Origin: Candidatus Cloacimonadales bacterium
GTDB taxonomy: Bacteria > Cloacimonadota > Cloacimonadia > Cloacimonadales > JAIOQZ01
Assembly: GCA_963674825.1 (NCBI GenBank)
Contig: OY771587.1
Coordinates: 3,200,001 to 3,264,000 of the forward strand
Length of the DNA: 64,000 bases
Direction of reading: 5' to 3'
Numbering within the stretch: the first letter of the stretch is position 1; each line of letters begins with the position of its first letter. A model generated the notes under the pieces. The model saw only the letters and a list, made by a program, of their open reading frames with translations, had not been told where the DNA came from and did not search any database. Positions 30,161 through 40,316 of this stretch are shown piece by piece. Position numbers and translations under genes: made by a program.

Positions 30161-30901
30161 TTACATGATAAGACCACCGTCAACCTGGATGGTTTGACCG
30201 GTGATATATGACGCTTCTTCCGAAGCAAGGAAAACACACAAATTCGCTACATCGACCGGCTGTCCCATTCTGCTCATGGGGATTACTTCCGCGTATTGCT
30301 TGATAACATCTTCGGGAAGTTTGGTCATGTCGGTTTCGATGAAGCCGGGGGCGATGGCGTTGGCACGGATACCGCGCTTGGCCACTTCTTTCGCCGTCGA
30401 TTTGGTCAGGGCTATAACGCCACCCTTGGACGCGGCGTAGTTTGCCTGGCCGATATTGCCCATAAGGCCGATAACGGATGCCATATTGATAATCGAGCCG
30501 GCTTTCTGCTTGAGCATGTAGCGAACGGCTTTTTTCGTACAGATGAAAGTGCCTTTCAGGTTCACGTTCATGACGAAATCCCAGTCAGAATCCTTCATCT
30601 TCATGATCAACTGGTCGCGGGTTACTCCTGCGTTGTTCACCAGTACATCAATGTGGCCGAATTCGTCGTGGACTTCTTTCATGGCGTTTTCTACGGCTTC
30701 TTCGTCCGTAACGTTCACGACGTGTCCTTCGGCGTCAAAGCCAAGATCGGCAAGCTCTTGAACCGCTGTTTCAAGCTGGTCTGCCATGAGATCGAAGAGC
30801 ACGGGAATCGCGCCCTCTTCTGCATAACGTTTCGCGATGGCGAATCCGATACCACGAGCGCCACCGGTAATGATTGCTATTTTTCCTTCGAGTCTTTTCA
30901 T
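30161..30901 (-). CDS. fabG: 3-oxoacyl-ACP reductase
   Basis: [16 protein letters not shown] and NYAASK motifs; ATGA overlap with the fabD stop. Confidence 0.96.
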   Translation of the reverse strand: MKRLEGKIAIITGGARGIGFAIAKRYAEEGAIPVLFDLMADQLETAVQELADLGFDAEGHVVNVTDEEAVENAMKEVHDEFGHIDVLVNNAGVTRDQLIMKMKDSDWDFVMNVNLKGTFICTKKAVRYMLKQKAGSIINMASVIGLMGNIGQANYAASKGGVIALTKSTAKEVAKRGIRANAIAPGFIETDMTKLPEDVIKQYAEVIPMSRMGQPVDVANLCVFLASEEASYITGQTIQVDGGLIM

Positions 30902-31845
30902 AATTCTTCCAGTTTCGCGCATACAACTCCGACGTCTTCCAGCTTATCGATGCTGAAGATCGTAGCGTTGCGGTTGATTTTCTTCATCATCCCAGCTAAA
31001 ACTCGCTGAGGACCAAACTCTATGAAGATCGGGTTAAACTTGTCAATTATAAATTCCATCGACTGTACCCATTGCACGGTTGAGGTGACTTGAAGAGCCA
31101 GGTTCTTCTTGATCGAATCCAGCGCTGTAACCGGCTTTGCATCCACGTTGGAGACGATTGGGATGTCTGATGAATTAAATGGTGTGTGTTCAATTTCTTC
31201 CGCGAGCCATTCGCCGGCTTTGGCGATCAGCGGGGAATGGAAAGGTCCGCCTACGTTGAGCGGAATAACCCGTTTTGCACCCTTCTCACTCGCGATCTCA
31301 CCTGCCTTGTCAACGCCTGCCTTGGAGCCGGATATAACCGTCTGCACAGGGGTGTTGAAATTGGCTGCGATCACGATACCTTCCGATTCGGCTTCCTTGC
31401 AGATTTCGCGAACCTGCTCGGGGGAGAGGCCCACGATAGCGGTCATGCCGAAGGGCTGACCGTCGTTAGCGCGAATCATGAAGTCGCCGCGTTTGTGCAC
31501 GAGATTCATCGCGTCGGAGAGTTCCAGAACGCCGTTTGCGACCAACGCCGTGAATTCACCGAGCGAGTGCCCGGCTACCACGTCCGGCTGGATATCCAGC
31601 TTCTCTTGCAGGCTGCGCATGGCTGCGACGCTGTGGAAGAGGATGGCTGGCTGGGTGTAGGTGGTCTGGGTAAGGGTCTCTTCAGGGCCTTCTTTCATGA
31701 CCTGATAGAGCGAGGTTCCGTTCTTTTCATCGAATGCCTTGAGGATCGCTTCGTACTCGTCGTTGATGTAGTCCATCGCCATGCCGACGTACTGAGCGCC
31801 CTGTCCGGGGAAGAGAAATGCTATATTGTGTTGTTTGTATGCCAT
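30898..31845 (-). CDS. fabD: Malonyl-CoA:ACP transacylase
   Basis: FPGQGAQ, GHSLGE and PFHS motifs. Confidence 0.97.
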   Translation of the reverse strand: MAYKQHNIAFLFPGQGAQYVGMAMDYINDEYEAILKAFDEKNGTSLYQVMKEGPEETLTQTTYTQPAILFHSVAAMRSLQEKLDIQPDVVAGHSLGEFTALVANGVLELSDAMNLVHKRGDFMIRANDGQPFGMTAIVGLSPEQVREICKEAESEGIVIAANFNTPVQTVISGSKAGVDKAGEIASEKGAKRVIPLNVGGPFHSPLIAKAGEWLAEEIEHTPFNSSDIPIVSNVDAKPVTALDSIKKNLALQVTSTVQWVQSMEFIIDKFNPIFIEFGPQRVLAGMMKKINRNATIFSIDKLEDVGVVCAKLEEL

Positions 31846-31857
31846 ATTTCAACTCCA

Positions 31858-32856
31858 TCAATACCGGAAGATCATGCTTCCAGAGGTTAAACCGGCACCG
31901 AAAGCAACGGTCATCACCATGTCGCCTCGACGAATCTGATTCAACTCGATTGCCTCGCTGAGCGCGACCGGGATTGTCGAAGCAGATGTGTTGCCGTATT
32001 TCTCGATGTTGATGATCACCTTGTCTTCGTTGATCTTGAGCTTTTTGCCGACACCTTCGATGATGCGCAGGTTCGCCTGATGTGGGATGAGGAAATCTAC
32101 ATCCTTGATATCGAGATTGTTACGCTTCATGACGGTCTCGCAAGCTCCAGCCATCGATTTGATTGCCAGCTTGAAGATCTTGTTGCCTTCCATGTAGATG
32201 GTATGCTGATTATTGCTGACCGTGTTTTTGGATGCGGGATATTTCGATCCGCCAGCCTGCTGGATAAGAAGATCGCCATACGCTCCATCTGCGTGGATAA
32301 CAGAATCAAAGAAATGGGAGATGTCGCTTCTCTCGGCGCGCGATATAATAGCGGCTCCGGCAGCGTCGCCGAAAAGGACGCAGGTGTTGCGGTCTTTCCA
32401 GTTCACGATGCGAGTAAGGATTTCCACGGCAACCACGAGGATGTTCTGATAAACACCGTTCTCGATGTATTGCCGGGCGATATCGGCAGCATAAATGAAG
32501 CCGGTACAGCCAGCGGAAAGGTCGAATGCCGGGCAATCATTCTTGATGCCCAGTTTGTGTTGAAGGATACAACCTGTCGATGGGAATGCGTAATCGGGTG
32601 TCACGGTTCCCACGATGATCAGGTCAATGTCTTTCGGACGAATTCCCGCAGCTTGGATAGCTTTTTCCGATGCTTTCAGGGCCAGATCGGATGAAGCTTC
32701 GTCGTCAGCCGCAACGCGGCGTTCAAACATACCGGTACGGGTGCGGATCCATTCGTCAGTCGTATCGACGATCTTTTCCAGATCGTAGTTGTTCAGTATT
32801 TTGGTGGGATGATAGTGTCCCATTCCAGCGATTTTAGCGTTGTATTTCTTGTGCAT
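31858..32856 (-). CDS. fabH: 3-oxoacyl-ACP synthase III
   Basis: AGCTGF, PHQANLRII and GNTSAS motifs. Confidence 0.97.
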   Translation of the reverse strand: MHKKYNAKIAGMGHYHPTKILNNYDLEKIVDTTDEWIRTRTGMFERRVAADDEASSDLALKASEKAIQAAGIRPKDIDLIIVGTVTPDYAFPSTGCILQHKLGIKNDCPAFDLSAGCTGFIYAADIARQYIENGVYQNILVVAVEILTRIVNWKDRNTCVLFGDAAGAAIISRAERSDISHFFDSVIHADGAYGDLLIQQAGGSKYPASKNTVSNNQHTIYMEGNKIFKLAIKSMAGACETVMKRNNLDIKDVDFLIPHQANLRIIEGVGKKLKINEDKVIINIEKYGNTSASTIPVALSEAIELNQIRRGDMVMTVAFGAGLTSGSMIFRY

Positions 32857-32893
32857 GATAACCTCTCAGGTTACGATGATTAAGCAGTTTACA

Positions 32894-33904
32894 TCACGTT
32901 TGTGAAGTACTGCTTTCAAAAAACTCCCGTGCATGCTCGAGGAATCCCGATTCTGCGATTCGTGCGCTGAAACGCACAGCGTTTTTGATCGCGATCGCGT
33001 TCGAGCTGCCGTGAGCCACCAGGACAGTGCCGTTTATGCCGGTCAGGAGTGCACCACCATGTTCCGAATGATCCAGCTTCTTCTTGAGGTACTGGTAAAC
33101 CGGGAAGGAAAGCATAGCGCCAATCTTGGCAATCCAGTCCTTCTTGATTTGTTCCTTCATCATTCGGAAAATGGAGATAGCAGCGCCTTCGAGCGTCTTG
33201 AGCATCACGTTCCCGACGAAACCATCACATATCACGACGTTAACTTCGCCCTTCATGGCCTCTTTACCTTCGATGTTGCCCACGAAATTGATCCCGGGCT
33301 CCACCAGCAAAAGCTGATAGGTTTTCTTGGCGAGTTCGTTGCCTTTGACACTCTCCTCGCCGATATTAAGCAGGGCGACTTTCGGTTGATCGATCTTGTA
33401 AAAGAATTGAGAATACAACGAGCCCAGTCTCGCAAACTGGACAAGGTAATCCGGTGTGCAATCGACATTTGCTCCCACATCCAGCATTACGGTGTTGCCC
33501 TTCAATGTGGGCAGGTGGATAGAGATTGCCGGCCGCATCACATTCTTGATTCTTCCAATGTTCAACAGTGCCGCCGCCATAACCGCTCCGGTGTTACCGG
33601 CACTCACGGCGGCATCTGCAAGACCGTTTTTGTGGAGAAGTATCGTCTGTACCAGCGATGAATCTTTCATCGACTTACGGACGGAACTCGAAGCCTTGTC
33701 ATCCATCGTCACGACCTGAGACGCGTTAATCACCTCGATGCGGTTCGTGTCGTAGTAGTACTTTTCGAGCTCCTTCTTGAGCACTTCTTCCTTGCCAACG
33801 AGAAGGATTTTCTCACAGGCATTCTCTTTAATTGCAAGAACCGCTCCCTCTACTTCTGGCAGGGGAGCGTGATCCGTTCCAAAGGCGTCAAGAGCTATGA
33901 TCAT
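32894..33904 (-). CDS. plsX: Phosphate acyltransferase PlsX
   Basis: IALDAFGTD, SAGNTGA, LDVGAN, CDGFVGN and HGSS motifs. Confidence 0.96.
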   Translation of the reverse strand: MIIALDAFGTDHAPLPEVEGAVLAIKENACEKILLVGKEEVLKKELEKYYYDTNRIEVINASQVVTMDDKASSSVRKSMKDSSLVQTILLHKNGLADAAVSAGNTGAVMAAALLNIGRIKNVMRPAISIHLPTLKGNTVMLDVGANVDCTPDYLVQFARLGSLYSQFFYKIDQPKVALLNIGEESVKGNELAKKTYQLLLVEPGINFVGNIEGKEAMKGEVNVVICDGFVGNVMLKTLEGAAISIFRMMKEQIKKDWIAKIGAMLSFPVYQYLKKKLDHSEHGGALLTGINGTVLVAHGSSNAIAIKNAVRFSARIAESGFLEHAREFFESSTSQT

Positions 33905-34089
33905 CAGGCCTTTTCTTTAATCTCGATGACCTTTTTCCCTTTGTAATATCCACACTTTTCGCAGACGTTGTGCGGACGGCTTGGTTCGCCACAGTTAGGA
34001 CACGTGGTCCAGGTCGGCATCTCCGCTTTGTGGTGCGTTCTGCGTTTGTCGCGGCGCGCCTTAGAGGTTTTCCGTTTCGGTACTGCCAT
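33904..34089 (-). CDS. rpmF: 50S ribosomal protein L32 (zinc-binding C+ form)
   Basis: MAVPKRKTSK...RRTH with CPNC and CEKCG. Confidence 0.97.
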   Translation of the reverse strand: MAVPKRKTSKARRDKRRTHHKAEMPTWTTCPNCGEPSRPHNVCEKCGYYKGKKVIEIKEKA

Positions 34090-34185
34090 TTTCAGCTCCT
34101 TCTATTCTATTCTTTTTTATAACAACTTAGCTTCTTTGAACCGCATTCCGTGAAGGATACAATCCAAGATGCAAACAAGATTGCC

Positions 34186-34213
34186 ACAATATTTTCACTG
34201 CAATCGGTGTCAA
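34186..34213 (-). promoter_or_regulatory. Putative sigma70 promoter of the rpmF-fab operon
   Basis: Minus strand TTGACA-16 nt-TATTGT. Confidence 0.55.
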
Positions 34214-34243
34214 GAAAAATGAAAACCCCTGCGAGTTATAAGA

Positions 34244-34271
34244 AACGCCTGCACTTAGAGGTACAGGCGTT
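34244..34271 (-). terminator. Putative terminator hairpin after the solute-binding protein gene
   Basis: AACGCCTG...CAGGCGTT inverted repeat 17 nt past the stop; weak U-tract. Confidence 0.5.
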
Positions 34272-34288
34272 GCGGTTCGAAATGTGTT

Positions 34289-35044
34289 CTATTTCCAGTC
34301 TTTCATTCCATATTTAGCAAGAATCTTCGCCAGTGTTCCGTTGTCGCGGATCTTTTTCATGCCTTCATCAAGGAGCTTAGCATACTCTGCTGATTTGGCG
34401 TTTTTGGGTGAAAAAGCTATGAAGACGTCGTCAGGGCTGCCATCCGTTCCGGCTGCAACGATATCGCTGGTCATCCCCATTTGCTGGATGGTGTATTCAC
34501 CAACGGCTGTTGTGGCGAGAACGATGTCGATCTCACCTTTCTTCAGGGCTGCGAGGTTCTTCTGAAGAGGCAAATCTCCAAATGCCCATTTCGCGTCAGG
34601 ATTGTCTTTCAGAAATTCATCCATGTCTGCACCGTACGAATAATCGAGGATAACGCCAAGTTTCTTCCCTTCGAGCGATTTGATATCTGAAAATTTCCAG
34701 GTATCGCCTGCGCGTACGTAGAAGGTAAGGCTCGATTGCCCCTGTGATTCTTTCGGGAATACAAATCCCTCAGCATCTTCAAGAGCGGCACCGACTACAG
34801 CGCTGTATGCGCCATCTTCGGTTTCTTTGAGCGCTTTTGTCCAGGGCATGGTAACGTAAACAACCTTATAGCCCAGTGGTTCGTAAACTGCCCGTGCGAT
34901 TTCAATCATGAAGCCTTCATTTGCCGATAATTTCGGATCCATGTTGAAGGGTGGCCATGGGTCGGCTGCGAGAGTAATGGTATCTTGTGCGAATATTACG
35001 GTAACTGTAGCGAGAAGCAGTAGGAACAAGATCGTGCGTTTCAT
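34289..35044 (-). CDS. Orphan amino-acid-type substrate-binding protein (SBP family 3)
   Basis: AGGAGG RBS; signal peptide; WPPF, MPW..AL, LEGKKLGV and G.LAKILAKY motifs. Confidence 0.85.
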   Translation of the reverse strand: MKRTILFLLLLATVTVIFAQDTITLAADPWPPFNMDPKLSANEGFMIEIARAVYEPLGYKVVYVTMPWTKALKETEDGAYSAVVGAALEDAEGFVFPKESQGQSSLTFYVRAGDTWKFSDIKSLEGKKLGVILDYSYGADMDEFLKDNPDAKWAFGDLPLQKNLAALKKGEIDIVLATTAVGEYTIQQMGMTSDIVAAGTDGSPDDVFIAFSPKNAKSAEYAKLLDEGMKKIRDNGTLAKILAKYGMKDWK

Positions 35045-35131
35045 TTTTCCTCCTGAGTGTCTGTGCTCTAATATCACTGAATTCACCAATATAATAATCG
35101 CGATTTTATGATTCGCAAGTCAGGAAATATC

Positions 35132-35161
35132 AAAAAAGCGGCTGCATTAAAGCAAGCCGCT
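35132..35161 (-). terminator. Intrinsic terminator after the OmpH-like gene
   Basis: AGCGGCT...AGCCGCT stem followed by a T run on the minus strand. Confidence 0.7.
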
Positions 35162-35185
35162 GTAGTGGTCAAAATAAGGTCGTGA

Positions 35186-35686
35186 TTACTTTTTGTCCAC
35201 GCGCTCCGCGATATCGCCTGTCAGGTTTTTGGGCATGATGGATTCTTTCATGTAGAAGATCTCACCTGTGTCGCTGTAGAAGATGATATCGACATTGTTC
35301 TCATCGACGAATTCCTCGATTGCTTTCTGCGTTTTATCGAGTAACGGATCGATCATCTCGGCATGCTTTGCATCCGCAAGTCCGCCTTCGCCGAGGATTT
35401 CCTGGCGACGTTGTTCGAACTTATCTTGCTTCTTCTGGAGGCGTTCTTTGGTTGCCTGCGTGTTGTCGCCGGCGTCGATCAGCCCCTGAATGCGCTTGAC
35501 TTCCGCCTGAAGCAGGTCAAGCTCGTTTTTCCAGCCTTTCAGTACTTTTTCATACTCTTTCACGGCTTTGACATAGACTGCGGATTCGGTTTGAAGGCTG
35601 TCGCGGTCGAGATAGTAGATTTTCAAAGGTTCCTGTGCATACAGGAATGTTGTTGCAAGTAACAGAGTGAGGATGATGTATTTCAT
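35186..35686 (-). CDS. OmpH/Skp-like periplasmic chaperone
   Basis: Signal peptide; LKIYYLD, long coiled coil, DIIF and NLT..I pattern. Confidence 0.7.
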   Translation of the reverse strand: MKYIILTLLLATTFLYAQEPLKIYYLDRDSLQTESAVYVKAVKEYEKVLKGWKNELDLLQAEVKRIQGLIDAGDNTQATKERLQKKQDKFEQRRQEILGEGGLADAKHAEMIDPLLDKTQKAIEEFVDENNVDIIFYSDTGEIFYMKESIMPKNLTGDIAERVDKK

Positions 35687-35735
35687 CGATCAGGCTCCTT
35701 TTCGATCAGTCATTTTCATTGCGAACCAAAACGCA

Positions 35736-36725
35736 TTAATCGTTTCGGTAGTCAATATAAACGATTTTATCCGCTACTGGAGAAAACCACGCACGGTCGC
35801 CTTCAGCGAGGAGTTGAACGTTATCCCCGTCTATATCCATGATGCGGATGTTGCCGCTATCGGTATAGACGATCGTATTTCCGTCGGGTGAGAGCGATGG
35901 CTTGAAGCCGTAACCGAGGTCAACGAATTCTTCGGTGACAAGATTCATTTTCATGATACGGCCATAGTTTGAGAAAATCACCCAGTTCCCATCAGGTGTA
36001 TAGATCCCCGGCTGATCAGCATAATAGTATATAATCTGACTCCAATCGGATCCATCGGGCCTGATCTTGAAGAGTCCCGGATTGGCACCAGTCATGAAAA
36101 AGTATATCCACTCTTCGTCAGGTGAGAAAATGGGGTAGTAGTATTTCTCGCTCTGCGTGTTGCTCAGCAGGTTTGTCACGGTCTGATCTTCCATATTGAA
36201 GACGCGAAGGAAGCTCGTAGAGTCGGAATTTACGGCATAATAGACGACTTTTCTTCCGTCGTTTGTGCTGCTGGGATAATACTGCTCCGCTCCGTCCGTC
36301 TGATCAGGGATAATCTGGTCCATATCGTAGCTGCCCAGATCAAGAGTGTAGAGCTTCCGGTCGATATAGCTGGTTACAAGCAGCTTATCGCCAGCTTCTC
36401 CCAAGCGCGCTGGTGGCTGGATGTAGAGCATATCTTCAACGATCCAATCAATGACATTACCTTGGAGATCGACCATCACGCCGCAGCGATTGGTTTCACC
36501 CGAATATTGGATAAACACGCGATCACCTGTTCGATTAAAGATTGCGTAGCTCATCTTCAGGTAGCCACCGAACCACTTGATCTCCTGTTTGCCAGAACCA
36601 TCGGCATTGATTACATAAGCATAATCCTTCTCGGTGATGTTGGTTCCATACGAATCGGGACAGCCTGTGAGTAGTAGTGTCATTCCGATGACCAACGATA
36701 GAAGAAGCCATTGAAACTTGCTCAT
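35736..36725 (-). CDS. TolB/PD40 beta-propeller lipoprotein
   Basis: Lipobox LLTGC; repeated P.FSPDG..I.Y motifs. Confidence 0.8.
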   Translation of the reverse strand: MSKFQWLLLSLVIGMTLLLTGCPDSYGTNITEKDYAYVINADGSGKQEIKWFGGYLKMSYAIFNRTGDRVFIQYSGETNRCGVMVDLQGNVIDWIVEDMLYIQPPARLGEAGDKLLVTSYIDRKLYTLDLGSYDMDQIIPDQTDGAEQYYPSSTNDGRKVVYYAVNSDSTSFLRVFNMEDQTVTNLLSNTQSEKYYYPIFSPDEEWIYFFMTGANPGLFKIRPDGSDWSQIIYYYADQPGIYTPDGNWVIFSNYGRIMKMNLVTEEFVDLGYGFKPSLSPDGNTIVYTDSGNIRIMDIDGDNVQLLAEGDRAWFSPVADKIVYIDYRND

Positions 36726-36737
36726 ATGCCTGCCTGT

Positions 36738-37664
36738 TTATTCACCATCTTCGGGATAGAAACCGGCTGCGACGATGAGTGCCTCGCCGCCGACTTCGAT
36801 CTTGCGAAGATAGGATATTTTCTTGACTGCTTTGTCAGTACCCGGCTTGGGCCAGAGGTATTCCATCCAGAGTTCATCGCGGGTCTGGAGCTCTTCGATC
36901 TCTTCACGTACGTGCATACGTCCATCCGCATCTTTCAGGTCCAGGATATTCTTGCCTTCAAGATCGGGGAATGCAGGGTTTAGAAGCTCGATTCCTTGCA
37001 TGTTCTTGATGAATACGTAGCTGTCGAGGAAGATGAATTCACTGCTGCGTTCACGCATGACCTGCATCGCATTATCGCCATTCTTGGCAAGGAGGATGAT
37101 TGCGTCATCAACTGCGTCTTTGACGAACAGTTTTTCCGGTTTCGGGTCGTAGATGCCGGATCCCACCAGCACTTTTCTGCCATCGGGCTGCGTCGCTGCC
37201 ACAATATAAGTTGCTTTCCATACTGGAGCTCCACCTTCCGGTTTCGGCCACTGGTAAAATACCCAACCAGAACCTTTCTCTGCGCTTTCGATGATCATCT
37301 TTCCGATTGGTTTGGCGTTGACATCTTTGAGGTCGGACATGTTTTTGCCTTCCCCGCTTACGTCCGGGGGATAAACATAGCGTTCACCATCCATACCCCA
37401 GATAAAGATATAGTCGTTGTTAAGGAACCATTCCGAACCTTTGTCACGGAACATTGGATAGGCCTCCTCGCCCTTTTCAGCCACCAGATGAGCGGCTTTA
37501 TCTACGAAATTAATCAGTTCTTTCGTTGCCTGGTGCTGCACGAGTATGTCTTCCTTTGCCACAGGCTGCTGTTCGGAAGTTACGGGTTCTGTTTTCTCAG
37601 CGGGTGTACAGAATGTCAGCGTAAGTGTGGCGACTAAGGCCAGAATGATGAATGTAAAGCGCAT
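36738..37664 (-). CDS. Stand-alone tandem Cache_2 domain (lipo)protein
   Basis: GAGGAGG RBS; two repeats of Y.F...GKN..DLKD..G...W..Y.WPKP...K..Y...G.Y. Confidence 0.82.
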   Translation of the reverse strand: MRFTFIILALVATLTLTFCTPAEKTEPVTSEQQPVAKEDILVQHQATKELINFVDKAAHLVAEKGEEAYPMFRDKGSEWFLNNDYIFIWGMDGERYVYPPDVSGEGKNMSDLKDVNAKPIGKMIIESAEKGSGWVFYQWPKPEGGAPVWKATYIVAATQPDGRKVLVGSGIYDPKPEKLFVKDAVDDAIILLAKNGDNAMQVMRERSSEFIFLDSYVFIKNMQGIELLNPAFPDLEGKNILDLKDADGRMHVREEIEELQTRDELWMEYLWPKPGTDKAVKKISYLRKIEVGGEALIVAAGFYPEDGE

Positions 37665-37908
37665 GGTATCCTCCTCGTATGATATAAACAACAATTTATC
37701 CGAATCGTATCTTTCAAGTCAAGTAAGCTCTTGAAGATTATTCTGAAAAGACTTCGGCAGCTCGACGGGAGAAATGCGCTCTTTCAGTGGGTGGGTGGGA
37801 GTCGGTCTGAAGCATTGGAAAGGAATTTGCCAATCTATCAGTGTCTTCAAACGCTCATGGACTCGAAGTATAGCAATGTCATCAATCCGTATATGCTATG
37901 CCTTATAG

Positions 37909-37947
37909 CTCCCTCTTCCGCTTGCGGGAGAGGGGTGGGGTGAGGGT
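37909..37947. repeat. REP-like element (CCCTCTCCC...GGGAGAGGG...GGGGTGAGGG type)
   Basis: CTCCCTCTTCCGC-TT-GCGGGAGAGGGG-TGGGGTGAGGGT: hairpin with G-rich tail. Confidence 0.7.
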
Positions 37948-38044
37948 ATAAATTATGAAGCAAATGCCGTTACAATGCGAGAATGACCGGGGACTTCTTT
38001 TCTCCGAGCGCATTTCTCCCATTAATCAATAGTGGAGAGTATGC

Positions 38045-38983
38045 TTACGAGTTCTTGAGCTTGATTTTATCTTTGGAGCGGTTGAGGTAAGGAACCGGAT
38101 TACGGGCTTTGCCGTAGTAGATGATTTCGTAATGCAGATGAGGACCGGTTGAGCGTCCGGTGTTGCCCATCAAGCCAATGATCTGACCTTTCTTGACTTT
38201 GTCGCCGGGCTTGACCAGATATTCATCCAGATGGCCGTACACTGTCTTATAGCCATAGCCGTGATCGACTTCGATCATTTTGCCGATAAGCCGCTTGCGT
38301 GCTGCTGACTTGATAACGCCATCGGCTGCTGCGTAGATAGGCGTTCCTTTATCATTTGCGATGTCGAGCCCACGGTGGAAGTCACGCTTCTTCGTGATCG
38401 GATGTGTACGGTAACCAAAACGCGTGGTAATCCTGCCGAAAGTTGGGTAGATTGTCGGAGTATGACGGAAGATATCGTCTTTGAGACGAATATCGTCCAC
38501 AGCTTCTTCATGGGTATTCCGATTGAAAGCTGAAATTCGTTTTAATTGCTCGATGTCTTTCTGGATATCGTTGAAATAAGCGTTTTTATCGGGATCCTGC
38601 TCGAAGATGTCCTTCGTGAGGACGGGGAGACCACCAGTACCAACCTTGCGGATGGCAGGATCGATCGATTTGAGGTTATTATCGTTGCGAACCTTTTCTT
38701 CCCATGTGATCAGGATTTCCAGTTCGCGTTTTGCGTCTTCAGCTTTGCCTGAAAGCTGCTGAAGCATGGCAATCTGTTGATTATATTCTTCAGTCAATTG
38801 CTTGTGTAGTGCGAGTTTGTTGATGTTGTTAACGTGGATTATGCTGCCCGTGATGAGGGCTATAAGCAGGAGAATGCCCGAATAGAGCATGAAGTTGAGG
38901 ACTCCGGTCGGCAGGCTGAAATTGAACACCGAATCCGAATCCGTTCGTTCTATATGAAAATGTAATTTACGCTTAATAAGCAT
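38045..38983 (-). CDS. M23 family peptidase with N-terminal TM and coiled coil
   Basis: HRGLD and STGPHLHYE zinc motifs. Confidence 0.93.
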   Translation of the reverse strand: MLIKRKLHFHIERTDSDSVFNFSLPTGVLNFMLYSGILLLIALITGSIIHVNNINKLALHKQLTEEYNQQIAMLQQLSGKAEDAKRELEILITWEEKVRNDNNLKSIDPAIRKVGTGGLPVLTKDIFEQDPDKNAYFNDIQKDIEQLKRISAFNRNTHEEAVDDIRLKDDIFRHTPTIYPTFGRITTRFGYRTHPITKKRDFHRGLDIANDKGTPIYAAADGVIKSAARKRLIGKMIEVDHGYGYKTVYGHLDEYLVKPGDKVKKGQIIGLMGNTGRSTGPHLHYEIIYYGKARNPVPYLNRSKDKIKLKNS

Positions 38984-39199
38984 ACGCTTCCTTTACAAAT
39001 ATACAAAATCTATCAATTTAGGCAATGATTGAAATGCGTTATTTTGTGTCAAGACATTTCTTTTCAGGCACTTGTGTGATTGTGATGAATCAAGAAGCAA
39101 ATTCTGTAATCTACCTTTTATGAACGGATTACTGCGAACACCCGCTTTTTCCTTTGACAATCATAAATTCGTTTCCGCAATATTGCTACGAGGTACGAT

Positions 39200-40315
39200 A
39201 TGAAAAGCTGTATTACGATCTTGATATTTTCGTTGTTGCTGTCAATTGTCGGCATTGTTTTAGCAGACGAGATGCCCGAAACGACGACAAGCGTGGAGAT
39301 CTCCGATTCAACAGTTGCGATTCTTACCGATTCGGTACAGGTTGTCCTGCCACAATCCGTGCGCATTCTCGGCGTTGGCGATATTATGCCCGGCAGTGAT
39401 TTCCCGGACAGGAAGAAGTACCCCGCCAAGAACGGCGCGAACGTGATCCACTCCGATCTTGTGAAGATTATTCAGTGCGCTGATGTTGCCTTCTGTAATC
39501 TTGAAGGTGCTGTTGGTGATGACATCAAGACAAAGAAGGGCAAGACGTACGCTTTTCGGATTCCCACAAGTTTGGCCGAGCGTTTGGGCGAGTGGGGCTT
39601 CGATCTGGTATCGATAGCGAACAACCATGCCGGCGATTGCGAAGATGCTGGCAGGCACAGCACAATGAAATGCCTCGAATACATCGGGCTGATCTATTCC
39701 GGTTCACTCTTCACACCGGCTGGAGTCACTCTGGAAAAAGATGGCATTACCTACGGATTCATAGCTGTAGCACCGAACAAGGGTTGCAATAATTTCCACA
39801 ATACGAAGCTGATCGAGAATGAGATTCGTGGGCTGGATGAAAAGTGTGACATCGTCATTGTATCAATCCACGGTGGTGCTGAAGGCGAAGACGCCGAACA
39901 CCTGACGAAGAAAGTGGAGTATTACATGGGGGAGAACCGTGGCAATCTCTTCGAACTGACCCACCGGTTTGTCGATGCCGGGGCCGATATTGTATTCGGC
40001 CACGGGCCACATGTTACTCGGGCCATCGAGTGCTACAACGGTCGCTTGATTGCCTACAGCCTGGGTAACTTCTGCACGTACGGACGATTCAATCTCGACG
40101 GTGTCAGAGGGCTTGCGCCTATGATTGAAGTGGAGACTGATCTGAATGGCAAGCTGATTTCCGGCAAAATTTATTCTGTGAAACAGCCCTGGCCGGGAGG
40201 TCCTGTACCGGACGACAATCAGCGCGTTCTGGAGCGTATCATCGATTTGACGGAGCATGACCTTGGCGGGGGAGGAGTTGAGTTCCGCGGTAATCTATTC
40301 TTCCCGATCGAGTGA
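39200..40315 (+). CDS. CapA / PGA_cap family metallophosphatase-fold protein
   Basis: GDIM, NLEG, ANNH..D, HGG.E, GHGPHV and YSLGNF motifs; signal peptide. Confidence 0.9.
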   Translation: MKSCITILIFSLLLSIVGIVLADEMPETTTSVEISDSTVAILTDSVQVVLPQSVRILGVGDIMPGSDFPDRKKYPAKNGANVIHSDLVKIIQCADVAFCNLEGAVGDDIKTKKGKTYAFRIPTSLAERLGEWGFDLVSIANNHAGDCEDAGRHSTMKCLEYIGLIYSGSLFTPAGVTLEKDGITYGFIAVAPNKGCNNFHNTKLIENEIRGLDEKCDIVIVSIHGGAEGEDAEHLTKKVEYYMGENRGNLFELTHRFVDAGADIVFGHGPHVTRAIECYNGRLIAYSLGNFCTYGRFNLDGVRGLAPMIEVETDLNGKLISGKIYSVKQPWPGGPVPDDNQRVLERIIDLTEHDLGGGGVEFRGNLFFPIE

Positions 40316-40316
40316 T

